Assembly: GCA_965267575.1 (NCBI GenBank)
Contig: OZ254086.1
Location: forward strand, 2,944,001-3,008,000
Direction: 5' to 3'
Source of the DNA: Calditrichales bacterium
Lineage (GTDB): Bacteria > Calditrichota > Calditrichia > Calditrichales > J004
DNA length: 64,000 bases
The position numbers and the translations under genes were made by a program. Positions 10,170-19,670 of this stretch are shown piece after piece. The notes below the pieces were generated by a model. That model was given only the letters and a program-made list of their open reading frames with translations, made no database searches and was not told the origin of the DNA. Numbering within the stretch: position 1 is the first letter of the stretch; every line of letters starts with the position of its first letter.

Positions 10170-11038
10170 TGAAACGATCCATAATAATTTTAGTGCTTGC
10201 GCTTTTCGCTGTTTTTAATGCGCAGCTTTTGGCCCAGGAAGAGAAGGAAGGCAAGCTGGGCGATTTTGAAGATGCCGTGGAAAAAGGCAGCGACGATGAC
10301 GATGACGTCGAAGCCGGGATTGGCTGGTTTGAGATCATGATCAATCTGTTGTGGAGCAGCGAGCCCGAGCCTGCTTCGTTTAATTCCCTCGATGAAGATT
10401 CCAGTGATATGGAAGAATACGATGCCTTTGCCGGATGGCATCCGCGACAGGTGAGTTTTGGCGCGTATCCTTTTGACCGCAACGGATTCGTTCACGGCGA
10501 TGATCTGGGGAAGCCTTTTCTGGTGCGCATGTCGGGCAGTTTTCAGCAGATTGACAGTCACACCAGCGGCATGCGTTTACAGGCCGATATGCAGCTGAGC
10601 GGCTACCACGGCCTGCGCGGCGACGTGACGCTGTATCGTGAAAACCTGCGAACGCGCACCGACCAGCTTAAAGTTATCAGTCTGGATTACCGCTACCTGT
10701 TTGTGGCGCAGGATCGTTTTATGCTTTCCGGGATCGCCGGCGGGCGTCTGCTGTTGCCGGATAAGGAGCGTGAAAGTCACATCGGGCTGGACCTGGGTTT
10801 GAGCGGCCAGTGGTTTATAGCCAATCCGCTGAGTTTAGACTTTATGTTTCAGGTCGTTCCGATCCTCGATGAATTTCGTTTTGACCGCGAAGAGAATCCG
10901 GCCTTTATGGAACTGGAAATCGGCGCAGGATTACATTTTCAGCATATTGAAGTATTTGGAGGCTATCGCGGTCTCTTCCCGGATGGTATGAGTGGCGCGA
11001 TACACGGGCCGCAAATCGGTTTTCGCCTGTGGCTCTGA
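10169..11038 (+). CDS. Hypothetical exported protein, probable outer-membrane beta-barrel
   Basis: Signal peptide, acidic N-terminal region, alternating amphipathic strands, C-terminal GPQIGFRLWL. Translationally coupled to the DUF58 gene (taatg). Confidence 0.55.
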   Translation: MKRSIIILVLALFAVFNAQLLAQEEKEGKLGDFEDAVEKGSDDDDDVEAGIGWFEIMINLLWSSEPEPASFNSLDEDSSDMEEYDAFAGWHPRQVSFGAYPFDRNGFVHGDDLGKPFLVRMSGSFQQIDSHTSGMRLQADMQLSGYHGLRGDVTLYRENLRTRTDQLKVISLDYRYLFVAQDRFMLSGIAGGRLLLPDKERESHIGLDLGLSGQWFIANPLSLDFMFQVVPILDEFRFDREENPAFMELEIGAGLHFQHIEVFGGYRGLFPDGMSGAIHGPQIGFRLWL

Positions 11039-11062
11039 GACAATCGGACAAGAAAATAAATA

Positions 11063-12088
11063 TTGCTTTTAAAATTGAAAAACAGATTTACTCTTTTTAC
11101 AGAGCGGACATTGTTTAAGCTTCTTCCCCTGGTTCTTATCGGGTTTTTGCTCAGTGCGGCGCAGGCGCAGGAGTCGCTGATCGAGGTGGACGCGCAGGTT
11201 GATACGACGCTGATCAGTATTGGCGACCGCGTGACCTATGACCTGCGCATTTCTTACGCTCCGCAGATTGCCGTAAGCATTCCGGATAAGATTTCGTTCG
11301 GTGCATTTGAACTGAAGGACAGCCAAAGCTTTCCGCCAAAGGAAAGATCCGGTCTTTTAACGAGGCGCAACCTTTACACGCTGACCGTCTATGATACCGG
11401 CCGTTTCGAAATTCCGCCTGTCGAGATTTTATACAGCCACCGTGACAGTGTCGGGCAGCAGCGCATTCTCACGCCGCCGATCGCGGTGCAGGTGCAGAGC
11501 GTGCTTGCCGGTACGGAAGACCCGCAGCTCCAGGATATCAAGGAGCCGTTGGAGATACCTTTTGATTATATGTTTCTCTGGTCGGTTATCGGCATTGGCG
11601 CCATTTTGTTAATTGCCGCCTGGATGGGTTACCGCATGTGGCGCAAAAAACAGGAGCAGGGCTACGTCTTTACACCTCCCGCGCCGCCCAGGCCGGCCCA
11701 TGAGGTGGCGCTGCAGGAACTGCGCGCACTCTATGCGTCCGATTTGCTGGAAAAAGAACTGTACAAGTTTTTCTTTTCGCGGCTATCGGAAATTCTGCGT
11801 ACCTACCTGGAGGCGCGCTACTTTGTCTCGGCGCTGGAAGAGACCACAGAAGAAATCTACCGCGACCTAAAAAAACATACGGAAGAAGAGCCGCGCCGCC
11901 GCCTGCGCCTGATACTGGAGCTGGCCGACCTGGTCAAGTTTGCCAAGTATATCCCGTCGGACAAAGAAACCGAAGAGGCTAAGGATTTGAGCGTGCGTTT
12001 TGTGCAAGAGACAAAAATCGTTTACACCATTTCGGAAGAAAACGACACGGGGCAGGAAGTAGCTGCCGCCGTGGCAAAGGAAAACTAA
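11063..12088 (+). CDS. Bat-operon accessory membrane protein (BatD-like Ig domain plus DUF4381-type region)
   Basis: VDTTLISIGD, YDTGRFEIPP, LQDIKEPLE, a TM helix, HEVALQEL, LRTYLEARY...ALEETTEEI, ADLVKFAK. Start is TTG and uncertain. Confidence 0.7.
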   Translation: MLLKLKNRFTLFTERTLFKLLPLVLIGFLLSAAQAQESLIEVDAQVDTTLISIGDRVTYDLRISYAPQIAVSIPDKISFGAFELKDSQSFPPKERSGLLTRRNLYTLTVYDTGRFEIPPVEILYSHRDSVGQQRILTPPIAVQVQSVLAGTEDPQLQDIKEPLEIPFDYMFLWSVIGIGAILLIAAWMGYRMWRKKQEQGYVFTPPAPPRPAHEVALQELRALYASDLLEKELYKFFFSRLSEILRTYLEARYFVSALEETTEEIYRDLKKHTEEEPRRRLRLILELADLVKFAKYIPSDKETEEAKDLSVRFVQETKIVYTISEENDTGQEVAAAVAKEN

Positions 12089-12099
12089 AGGAGGTTGAT

Positions 12100-13032
12100 G
12101 TGATCGATGTTAACGGATTGACCCGTTTTTATGGGGAAAAGCGTGCCATATCCGACGTGACCTTTCATGTCAATAAAGGTGAAATTCTTGGTATGCTTGG
12201 CCCCAACGGAGCGGGCAAAACAACCACGATGCGCATCCTGACCTGTTATATGCCGCCCACTGCCGGCACGGCTACAGTTGGTGGTTTTGATATTTTGGAG
12301 CAGAGTCTGGACGTGCGCAGAATTACCGGCTACCTGCCGGAAAACCCGCCGCTGTACCACGATTTTCGCGTGACCGATTATCTGGATTTTGTCGCCCGCA
12401 TAAAGGGCGTGGAAAAAGCGCGTCGCGCAGCGGAGATAGACAAAGCCATAGAAAAGGCCAATCTCGGCGATGTACAGCGACGCATTATCGGTAAACTCTC
12501 CAAGGGCTACCGGCAGCGCGTGGGGCTGGCGCAAAGTCTTTTAAACAATCCGCAGATTGTTGTGCTGGATGAGCCCACCGAAGGGCTGGATCCCAACCAG
12601 AAAGCGGAATTTCGCGAGCTGGTAAAAGGCCTGGCCGGCGAACACACCGTGATTCTTTCATCGCACATTCTGCCGGAGATCGAGCAGACCTGCGAGCGCG
12701 TTGTGATCATCGATGACGGCAAGGTAGTGGCGGAAGACAGCCTGGAGAATCTGGTGCGCAGCATAAAAGGCAGCGAGCGCATCCTGCTGCAGATTGACGG
12801 TGCGGAGGACCAGGTGCGCAAAGCACTTGGCGCCGTGCAAGATGCACAGAACATAACGCTGACCACAAAAAACGGCATCTGCCATGCCCGTGTGGAAAGC
12901 AGCAAAGACATTCGCAGCGCGCTGGCCAAAGCAACTGTTGAAAACGGCCTGGGACTGCTCGAACTCTCCGGAGAACGCTACACTCTGGAAGATGTATTTA
13001 CCAAACTGACGATGAAAGAAGAGGCTGCCTGA
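12100..13032 (+). CDS. gldA: ABC transporter ATP-binding protein, GldA-like
   Basis: GPNGAGKTT, LSKGYRQRVGLAQ signature, LDEPT, SSHIL. GTG start follows AAGGAGG. Confidence 0.8.
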   Translation: MIDVNGLTRFYGEKRAISDVTFHVNKGEILGMLGPNGAGKTTTMRILTCYMPPTAGTATVGGFDILEQSLDVRRITGYLPENPPLYHDFRVTDYLDFVARIKGVEKARRAAEIDKAIEKANLGDVQRRIIGKLSKGYRQRVGLAQSLLNNPQIVVLDEPTEGLDPNQKAEFRELVKGLAGEHTVILSSHILPEIEQTCERVVIIDDGKVVAEDSLENLVRSIKGSERILLQIDGAEDQVRKALGAVQDAQNITLTTKNGICHARVESSKDIRSALAKATVENGLGLLELSGERYTLEDVFTKLTMKEEAA

Positions 13033-13814
13033 TGAAAGCGATTTTTGCCATCTCTTTAAAAGAATACAAATCCTTTTTCTATTCGCCGGTAGGCTACCTG
13101 ATCCTGGCCGGCTTTACCGCTCTGACCGGAATCTTCTTTTACCTGAATGTCAGCTACTTCGTGGAAATGGCTTTTCGTGACGCCATGATGAGCCAGCAAT
13201 ACCGCATGCCCGGGCAGACATTAAACGTTAACCTGCAGGTGATCCGGCCCTTCTTTTACAACATTTCGCTGATCTCGCTGTTTACGCTGCCGTTGATCAC
13301 CATGCGCCTTTATTCTGAAGAAAAACGCGCGGGCACGGTGGAGTTGCTTTACACTGCGCCCATTACGCCGGCACAGATCATCACCGGGAAATTCCTGGCG
13401 GGATTGCTTTTTTACGTCGTCCTGCTGATCCCCACGATTCTGTTTAATCTGATACTGTTTGCCTATGGCGACCCTGAAATCTGGCCGTTGTTCAGCGGCT
13501 ATCTCGGACTCATCCTGATGGGCTCGGCCTATGTGGCGGCCGGTCTGCTCATTTCCACCATGACCGAGAACCAGATCATCGCCGCCATCGGTGGATTCGC
13601 TTTTTCGCTGCTGCTTTGGGCCTTTGGCTGGGGCGCTTCGCAGGCCGGCCCGGTGATGCGCGAAATCCTCAACTACCTGTCAATCATAAACCATTTTGAA
13701 GACTTTTCTCAGGGTGTCATCGACACCACACATGTGGCATACTACCTGTTGTTTTCCGCCGCTTTTCTCTATCTGGCGCACAAAATGATAGAGTCCGTAA
13801 AGTGGCGTGCCTGA
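13032..13814 (+). CDS. gldF: ABC-2 permease, GldF-like
   Basis: KEYKSFFYSPVGY, PLITMRLYSEEKRAGTVELL.TAP, GKFLA, TENQIIAA, HFEDFSQGVIDT. Confidence 0.8.
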   Translation: MKAIFAISLKEYKSFFYSPVGYLILAGFTALTGIFFYLNVSYFVEMAFRDAMMSQQYRMPGQTLNVNLQVIRPFFYNISLISLFTLPLITMRLYSEEKRAGTVELLYTAPITPAQIITGKFLAGLLFYVVLLIPTILFNLILFAYGDPEIWPLFSGYLGLILMGSAYVAAGLLISTMTENQIIAAIGGFAFSLLLWAFGWGASQAGPVMREILNYLSIINHFEDFSQGVIDTTHVAYYLLFSAAFLYLAHKMIESVKWRA

Positions 13815-13848
13815 TTTGATGTGAAATAAAACATGTGGAGATTTTAGA

Positions 13849-15351
13849 ATGCAAACATTGAAATCATATCTTGGAATTATCGGATTAGCCCTGCTGGCCG
13901 CGGCCTGGATCTGGTATTCGATCAGCAATATCTGGGGCGTCGTGAATTGGGTGTTGCTGGTGCCCGGTGTGGCCGCGTTGGGCTGGTTTTTATTTGAATA
14001 CTTTTCTAACCGCCGCAAAAATGTATCGGCCCACGCGCTGAAAAGAGGCTCCAATACCGCCGTGCAGGTGATTGTGGCGCTGGCCATTATTGCTATGCTG
14101 GCTTTTGTGACCAGCCGCCGCCACTATCGCGTGGACCTGACTGAAAACCAGTTGTACAGCCTGTCCGACCAAACCTTGAAAGTGCTGGAAAACCTGGAAA
14201 AAGATGTTCAGGTAAGAGCCTTCTTTAAAACGGATATGCACGAATTTGTGCAGGACCGCCTGGATGAATACGGCTATCGCTCGGCCAATTTCAGCTACGA
14301 AGTGATTGATCCCGATGAGCAGGTGGGCGTTGCCAGGCAATACGGTATCAGTAAATACAATACGCTGGCCGTGGAATCCGGCCCGAAGCGCGAACTGATC
14401 GAAAACCTGGAGGAGAAAGACCTGACCAACGCCATCATCAAGGTGACGCGGGAACAGGACAAAGTGGTCTATTTTGTGACCGGCCATGGTGAGAAAAACA
14501 TAGAAGATGATTCGCCGCAGGGCTATAAAAACGCCGCGGAGGCAATCAGCAAAGAAAACCATTCTGTTAAAAAACTGAATCTTATCCGTCGTGGCGGCGT
14601 ACCGGATAGCGCCCACGTGGTTGTTGTGGCCTCGCCGCAAGTGGATTACGCCCCCGCCGAGCTGGATTCGCTGGAATCCTTTGTTAATCGTGGCGGCAAG
14701 CTCATGCTGCTGCTCGATCCTGATGGTCCGGCCGGTATGCGTGCTTTTGCCGCGCGCTTTGGTGCCGATATAGGTGCTGACGTGGTCATCGACGGCTCCG
14801 GATTTGGCCAGCTGTTTGGCGCCGGTCCGGGTATGCCCATGGTGCAAAACTACGCCGATCATGAAATCACAAAAAATTTTGAACTGATGACCTTTTTCCC
14901 GCTGGCTTCGTCCGTTCAAAAGCAGGATGGTGACTGGAACATCACCGAGCTCCTGCAAACCTCGCAGCAGAGCTGGGCGGAAAAAGATTACGCCAGCGGT
15001 GAAGTATCTTACGACGAAAACGAAGACCGCATCGGGCCGATTACGCTGGCTGTGATTGCTGAGAAGGACGGCGACGCCGGAAAATCCGTTGTGGCTGTTT
15101 TTGGTGACAGTGATTTTGCCATCAACGGCTATTTTGGGCAGCAGGGCAATGGCGATTTGTTCCTCAATACGATCAATTACCTGGCTGAAGAGGAAGACCT
15201 GATCTCCATCCGGCCCAAGCGCCCGGATGACCGGCGGCTGACGCTTACACAGGCCGACGTCAGCATGATCTTTTACCTGGTTGTAATCGCCGCGCCGTTG
15301 TTGATGGTCGTGGCCGGTGTGGTTGTATTTATCAAACGAAATAAAAGCTGA
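13849..15351 (+). CDS. gldG: GldG-like ABC transporter auxiliary membrane/periplasmic protein
   Basis: N-terminal TM helices, RVDLTENQLYSLSDQT, VYFVTGHGE, GGKLMLLLDP, GDSDF...N.DLFLNTINYL, C-terminal TM helix. Confidence 0.85.
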   Translation: MQTLKSYLGIIGLALLAAAWIWYSISNIWGVVNWVLLVPGVAALGWFLFEYFSNRRKNVSAHALKRGSNTAVQVIVALAIIAMLAFVTSRRHYRVDLTENQLYSLSDQTLKVLENLEKDVQVRAFFKTDMHEFVQDRLDEYGYRSANFSYEVIDPDEQVGVARQYGISKYNTLAVESGPKRELIENLEEKDLTNAIIKVTREQDKVVYFVTGHGEKNIEDDSPQGYKNAAEAISKENHSVKKLNLIRRGGVPDSAHVVVVASPQVDYAPAELDSLESFVNRGGKLMLLLDPDGPAGMRAFAARFGADIGADVVIDGSGFGQLFGAGPGMPMVQNYADHEITKNFELMTFFPLASSVQKQDGDWNITELLQTSQQSWAEKDYASGEVSYDENEDRIGPITLAVIAEKDGDAGKSVVAVFGDSDFAINGYFGQQGNGDLFLNTINYLAEEEDLISIRPKRPDDRRLTLTQADVSMIFYLVVIAAPLLMVVAGVVVFIKRNKS

Positions 15352-15367
15352 AAACGAAGAACTAAAA

Positions 15368-16696
15368 ATGCGTAACACATTGATTTTAATAGGAATAGCC
15401 CTTGCCCTTGGGGCTTATGTCTGGTTTTACGAAATCGAGGGCGAAGAAGAACGGCTGGCTGAAAAAGAAGAACAGGAACTGGTTTTCCCCGTTGAACGCG
15501 ACAGCCTGGTCTGGTTTAAAATCAATGACTTTGAGAAAGAGTTCGTCTTTGAAAAAAGGGACGGCACATGGATGATCGTACATCCGGTGGAAACGCGCGC
15601 TGACGAGTCGACCGTGGGCAGCTTTCTGAGCACGCTTACATCGGCCAAACGCGAGCGTTCTTTCGGGGCACAACCTGCGGACCTGGGGCAGTACGGTCTG
15701 TCGGAGCCTTCCATGCAAATCCGCCTACGCACACAAAGCGGGGCAAGCGATTCCCTTTTTCTTGGCGGCACCAGCAGCGTGGGTAGCAAGACATTCGTTT
15801 CCAAAGGCGATACGCTGGTGAGCCTTATCCCGCAGACGCTGAAAACAAATGCATCCAAAACGCTTTTTTCATGGCGTGATAAAAAGGTGCTGCATTTTGA
15901 TAAAAGCAACGTGCGCGAGATTGCTTTGAAGACGCCGCAGGGCGAGTTCCTGTTTGCCGGTAATGGCGGCTGGCAATTGAAAGAGCCGCTGGAAACACCT
16001 GCCGATGACGACGCCGTTCAGGCCATACTCAACAAGCTGGAATTTGGCAGGATTAAGTCCGTGGAAGCGGAAACAGCCTCGAACGCCGCACGCTATGGCT
16101 TGAACCGCCCGGCATACCGTGTAGAGTTGTTTTCCGGGCCGGAGAAAGCGAAACAGGAAATTGCTTTCTCAGCGCTAAAAGACGGCCGGGCATTTGGCAA
16201 AGAGGGGACACAGCCGCATATTTTTACGGTGGATTCGGCCTTTATAGCACCTTTTGCAAAAACGTTGCATGATCTGCGCGACAAGCAACTGCTGCGTTTT
16301 GACCGCAACACGGTTGATCACATTAACCTGCTGTATGAAGGCAACCTTCTGCGCATGGTTAAAGACAGCAGTGGCACCTGGCAATCGATGGAGGGACAGC
16401 CGCTGAAGACAACAATCGTGAGCCAGTTGCTTGGCGCCGTGGCCGACCTGAAGGTAGACCAGTTTGTAAAGGAAACCACACTGTACACGTTCCCTTACGG
16501 TTTGACCAATCCGCGGGGCACGTTGGAGCTTTTCGCCAACAAGGATAAGATAGTTGAATTGCAGATCGGCAATACGGAAAACGGCCGCGTCTACCTGCGC
16601 AAGCCGGAGTCGGGGCAAATTGTAGCCGTGAATGAATCTAAGCTGGATAAAATTCTGATCAGCAAGGAAGACGTTGTTGAAGGTAGCACAGATTAA
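15368..16696 (+). CDS. DUF4340-domain protein (three internal repeats)
   Basis: N-terminal anchor MRNTLILIGIALALGAYVWFYE. Repeated W....P....AD...V and YGL..P motifs; WRDK and LRDK linkers. Confidence 0.8.
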   Translation: MRNTLILIGIALALGAYVWFYEIEGEEERLAEKEEQELVFPVERDSLVWFKINDFEKEFVFEKRDGTWMIVHPVETRADESTVGSFLSTLTSAKRERSFGAQPADLGQYGLSEPSMQIRLRTQSGASDSLFLGGTSSVGSKTFVSKGDTLVSLIPQTLKTNASKTLFSWRDKKVLHFDKSNVREIALKTPQGEFLFAGNGGWQLKEPLETPADDDAVQAILNKLEFGRIKSVEAETASNAARYGLNRPAYRVELFSGPEKAKQEIAFSALKDGRAFGKEGTQPHIFTVDSAFIAPFAKTLHDLRDKQLLRFDRNTVDHINLLYEGNLLRMVKDSSGTWQSMEGQPLKTTIVSQLLGAVADLKVDQFVKETTLYTFPYGLTNPRGTLELFANKDKIVELQIGNTENGRVYLRKPESGQIVAVNESKLDKILISKEDVVEGSTD

Positions 16697-16723
16697 GCAC
16701 CTGTGTCATCCGGCCTATTTTGG

Positions 16724-16832
16724 AGATCAAGAGCAGATCATGATCAACAAGACCATGGACTTCGAGACTCCAAGACTTCAGGACGTCAAGACCATATTTG
16801 AGGCACCATAACACATTAACACAATAACACGT
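16724..16832. repeat. Composite degenerate tandem micro-repeat array C (mirror image of A)
   Basis: agatca/agagca/gatca/tgatca (16724-16746); GAC at 16751, 16758, 16766, 16774, 16782 and 16790 (gacttcga/gactccaa/gacttcag/gacgtcaa); taacacat/taacacaa/taacacgt (16809-16832). Confidence 0.8.
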
Positions 16833-16839
16833 TTATAGC

Positions 16840-17835
16840 ATGTTCGCATTTAAAGACCCGCTTTACCTGACATTGCTGCTGTTGTTGCTGCCGCTGGCCT
16901 GGTGGCTTTTTTTTGCCATGCGTCGGCGACGCGGCACGCTGAGCTATTCCAACGTGGCCCTGGCGCGTAATGCCGGCAGCAGTTGGCGGCAGCGGGCGAT
17001 TGTGGTGCTGCCGTTGCTACGGCTGCTGGCGCTGGCATTGGTTATTCTGGCACTGGCGCGACCGCAAAGCAGCAGCAAGGAAAGCACGGTGGTCACCGAG
17101 GGCATTGACATTGTGCTGGCGATGGATGTTTCCAGCAGCATGCTGTCGGTGGATTTTGAGCCGGCCAACCGCCTGGAAGCGGCAAAGAGCGTAGCCCGGG
17201 AATTTGTCAAAAGCCGGGTAAATGACAGGCTTGGCCTTGTGGTCTTTGCCGGTGAGAGTTTCACGCAATGTCCCTTAACGCTGGATTACAGTGTGTTGCT
17301 GACCCTGCTGGAGCAGGTGAAAGTGGCCGACGAAAAGTGGGACGGTACAGCCATCGGAATGGGATTGGTAAATGCCGTAAACCGCCTGCGCGAAAGCGAA
17401 TCCAAAAGCAAGGTGATCATTCTGCTGACCGATGGCAGCAATAACCGCGGCGAGGTGGACCCGATCACCGCTACGCAGATTGCCCAGACCTATGGCATTC
17501 GTATTTACACCATCGGGGCGGGGCGACGCGGCACGGCGCCATACCCGGTGCAGGACCCGTTTCGCGGCACACAGTTTATCCCGATGGAGGTGGACATCGA
17601 TGAAGAGCTGCTGCAGCAGATTGCCGATGCCACCGGCGGACGCTATTTCCGCGCCACTGATACGGAAAAGCTGAAAGCGGTTTACGACGAGATCAGCGAG
17701 CTGGAAAAAACAAAAATTGAAGTGCAGGAATTCACCCGCTATGAAGAGCTTTTTGCTTATTTTCTGGCGGCAGGTCTGCTGGGGCTGTTGATAGAGGCGC
17801 TGCTGTCGCACACGGTGCTGCGGCGATTGCCTTAA
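16840..17835 (+). CDS. batA: BatA vWA-domain protein
   Basis: N-terminal F..P BatA motif, LARPQ, EGIDIVLAMDVSSSM (MIDAS), GTAIGMG, KVIILLTDG, IRIYTIG, TGGRYFRA, C-terminal RRLP. Confidence 0.9.
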   Translation: MFAFKDPLYLTLLLLLLPLAWWLFFAMRRRRGTLSYSNVALARNAGSSWRQRAIVVLPLLRLLALALVILALARPQSSSKESTVVTEGIDIVLAMDVSSSMLSVDFEPANRLEAAKSVAREFVKSRVNDRLGLVVFAGESFTQCPLTLDYSVLLTLLEQVKVADEKWDGTAIGMGLVNAVNRLRESESKSKVIILLTDGSNNRGEVDPITATQIAQTYGIRIYTIGAGRRGTAPYPVQDPFRGTQFIPMEVDIDEELLQQIADATGGRYFRATDTEKLKAVYDEISELEKTKIEVQEFTRYEELFAYFLAAGLLGLLIEALLSHTVLRRLP

Positions 17836-17856
17836 CAATTAAAAAGATTGCTTATT

Positions 17857-18885
17857 ATGGAAGTATTAAAATTTGCGCATCCGGAATGGTTTTATGCCCT
17901 GTGGGCGGTGCCGTTGCTGGCGCTGCTTATGTTCTGGGCGTTGCGCCGCCGCCGCGCCATGCTGGAGAAATTTGCCAGTTCGGCGCTGCTGCAGAGGTTG
18001 ATGCCCGGTTTTCGCGCCGGGCGCTGGAAATTAAAAGCGGTGCTGTGGCTGATCGCATTTTGCCTGTTTGTAATAGCGCTGGCTGATCCGCAAATTGGTA
18101 CCCGCCTGGAAGAGGTGAAGCGTGAAGGTCTGGATATTATCGTGGCGCTGGATCTTTCGCAAAGCATGCTGGCCGAGGATGTGGCACCCAACCGCCTGGA
18201 AAAGGCTAAATACGAGGTAGGCAAGCTGATCGATATTCTGGAAGGTGACCGTATTGGCCTTGTGGCCTTTTCCGGCATAGCCCACGTGCAGTGTCCGCTG
18301 ACTCTGGACTATGCCGCGGCCAGGCTGTTTTTGCGCATGATGGACCATAACCTGATCCCGCAACCGGGCACCGCTATCGGCGATGCCATTGAAACGGCCG
18401 TTAAAGCATTCGAAACAAAAGAAGAGCAGAACAAAGTACTGATACTGATTACGGACGGGGAAGATCATGAAGGTGCGCCTGTGGAAGCAGCCAGGGAGGC
18501 AGCGGAAAAGGGCGTCATAATTTACACGATTGGCATCGGGCGTGCGGAAGGGGTGCCGATACCAGTGTATGACAATCGCGGCAAACGCAGCGGTTATAAA
18601 AAAGACCGCGACGGCAACGTGGTAACCACACGGCTGGATGTAAACACACTGCGCGAAATCGCCGTGGCCAGCGGAGGGGAGTTTTACCAGGCAACAACAG
18701 GCGACGCCGAGTTGCGCGCCATCTATGACGAGGTGAACAAGCTGGAGAAAAAAGAGTTAACTTCACGTCAGTTTGCCCAGTACGAACACCGCTTTCAGAT
18801 ATTATTGGCGCTGGGCTTTTTGTTGATCGTTCTGGAAACCATGATACCCTTAAAAAGCAACAAGCAATATGAGCAGAAAAGTTAA
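17857..18885 (+). CDS. batB: BatB vWA-domain protein
   Basis: FAHP, LADPQIG, LDLSQSMLAEDVAPNRLEKAK, PLTLDY, LITDGEDHEG, G.PIP...KDRDGNVVTTRLD. Confidence 0.9.
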   Translation: MEVLKFAHPEWFYALWAVPLLALLMFWALRRRRAMLEKFASSALLQRLMPGFRAGRWKLKAVLWLIAFCLFVIALADPQIGTRLEEVKREGLDIIVALDLSQSMLAEDVAPNRLEKAKYEVGKLIDILEGDRIGLVAFSGIAHVQCPLTLDYAAARLFLRMMDHNLIPQPGTAIGDAIETAVKAFETKEEQNKVLILITDGEDHEGAPVEAAREAAEKGVIIYTIGIGRAEGVPIPVYDNRGKRSGYKKDRDGNVVTTRLDVNTLREIAVASGGEFYQATTGDAELRAIYDEVNKLEKKELTSRQFAQYEHRFQILLALGFLLIVLETMIPLKSNKQYEQKS

Positions 18886-19660
18886 ATTTTCGATCGTTTT
18901 ACTGGCCTTGAGCCTGCCCGTGCTTTCCACTGCTCAAAGTGTGCGCAGCCAGGTGGCCAAAGGCAACGAATACTATAATGAAGGTTTGTACGACCAGGCG
19001 TTGGGTCAATACGCCCAGGCCGAGCCGGAAAATGAGTTTAACGAGCGCGTGGTTTTTAACAAGGGAGACGCGCTTTATAAAATGGAACGCTACGACGAGG
19101 CGCTGGAAGAATACAAAAAGGTCGTTGGCAGCAATGATAAGGATATCGCGTCACAGGCTCATTATAATCTTGGCAATACCTATTTCCAGCAGCAGAAATA
19201 CCAGGAAAGCGTTGATGCCTACAAGCAGGCGCTTGACCTGAATCCTGATGACCGCCAGGCCAAACATAACCTGGAGCTGGCCAAACAGATGTTACAGCAG
19301 CAACAGCAGAACCAGCAACAGCAAAGTCAGGACCAGAAAGACCAGCAGCAAAACCAAGACCAGCAACAGCAACAACAAGATCAACAGGACCAAAAAGACC
19401 AACAAGATCAGCAGCAGAAGCAGGATCAACAACAACAACAGCAGGATCAGCAGCAGCAAGAGCAACAAAAACAACAGCAGCAACAATCGCAAGAACAAAA
19501 AGAAGAACAGCAACAACAACAGGCCCAGCCCAAACCCAACCAGATAAGCAAGGAAGAGGCCGAACGCATTCTCAACGCGCTGGCAAGGGAAGAGCTGGAG
19601 GCCCAGAAAAACAAGCCTCCCGTTCGCGCCGAACGCGTTCGGGTTTTAAAAGACTGGTAA
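18869..19660 (+). CDS. batC: BatC TPR protein with Gln-rich linker
   Basis: TPRs (HYNLGNTYF, YKQALDLNPDD..AKHNLELA), poly-Q tract, ISKEEAERILNAL, terminal KDW. Confidence 0.9.
   Translation: MSRKVKFSIVLLALSLPVLSTAQSVRSQVAKGNEYYNEGLYDQALGQYAQAEPENEFNERVVFNKGDALYKMERYDEALEEYKKVVGSNDKDIASQAHYNLGNTYFQQQKYQESVDAYKQALDLNPDDRQAKHNLELAKQMLQQQQQNQQQQSQDQKDQQQNQDQQQQQQDQQDQKDQQDQQQKQDQQQQQQDQQQQEQQKQQQQQSQEQKEEQQQQQAQPKPNQISKEEAERILNALAREELEAQKNKPPVRAERVRVLKDW
19295..19522 (+). repeat. CAG/CAA-rich low-complexity tract encoding the BatC Q/D/K linker
   Basis: Runs of cag/caa interspersed with gac/gat/aaa codons. Confidence 0.9.
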
Positions 19661-19670
19661 ACATGTGCCA

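Noticed and set aside
13990..15378. 462-aa antisense ORF
   Set aside because: It is a shadow of the well-supported gldG-like gene on the opposite strand and has no recognisable motifs.
19292..19519. Poly-Leu ORF (and the neighbouring Cys-rich ORF) on the minus strand
   Set aside because: These are the reverse complement of the BatC CAG/CAA tract. A Q-rich linker is normal for BatC.
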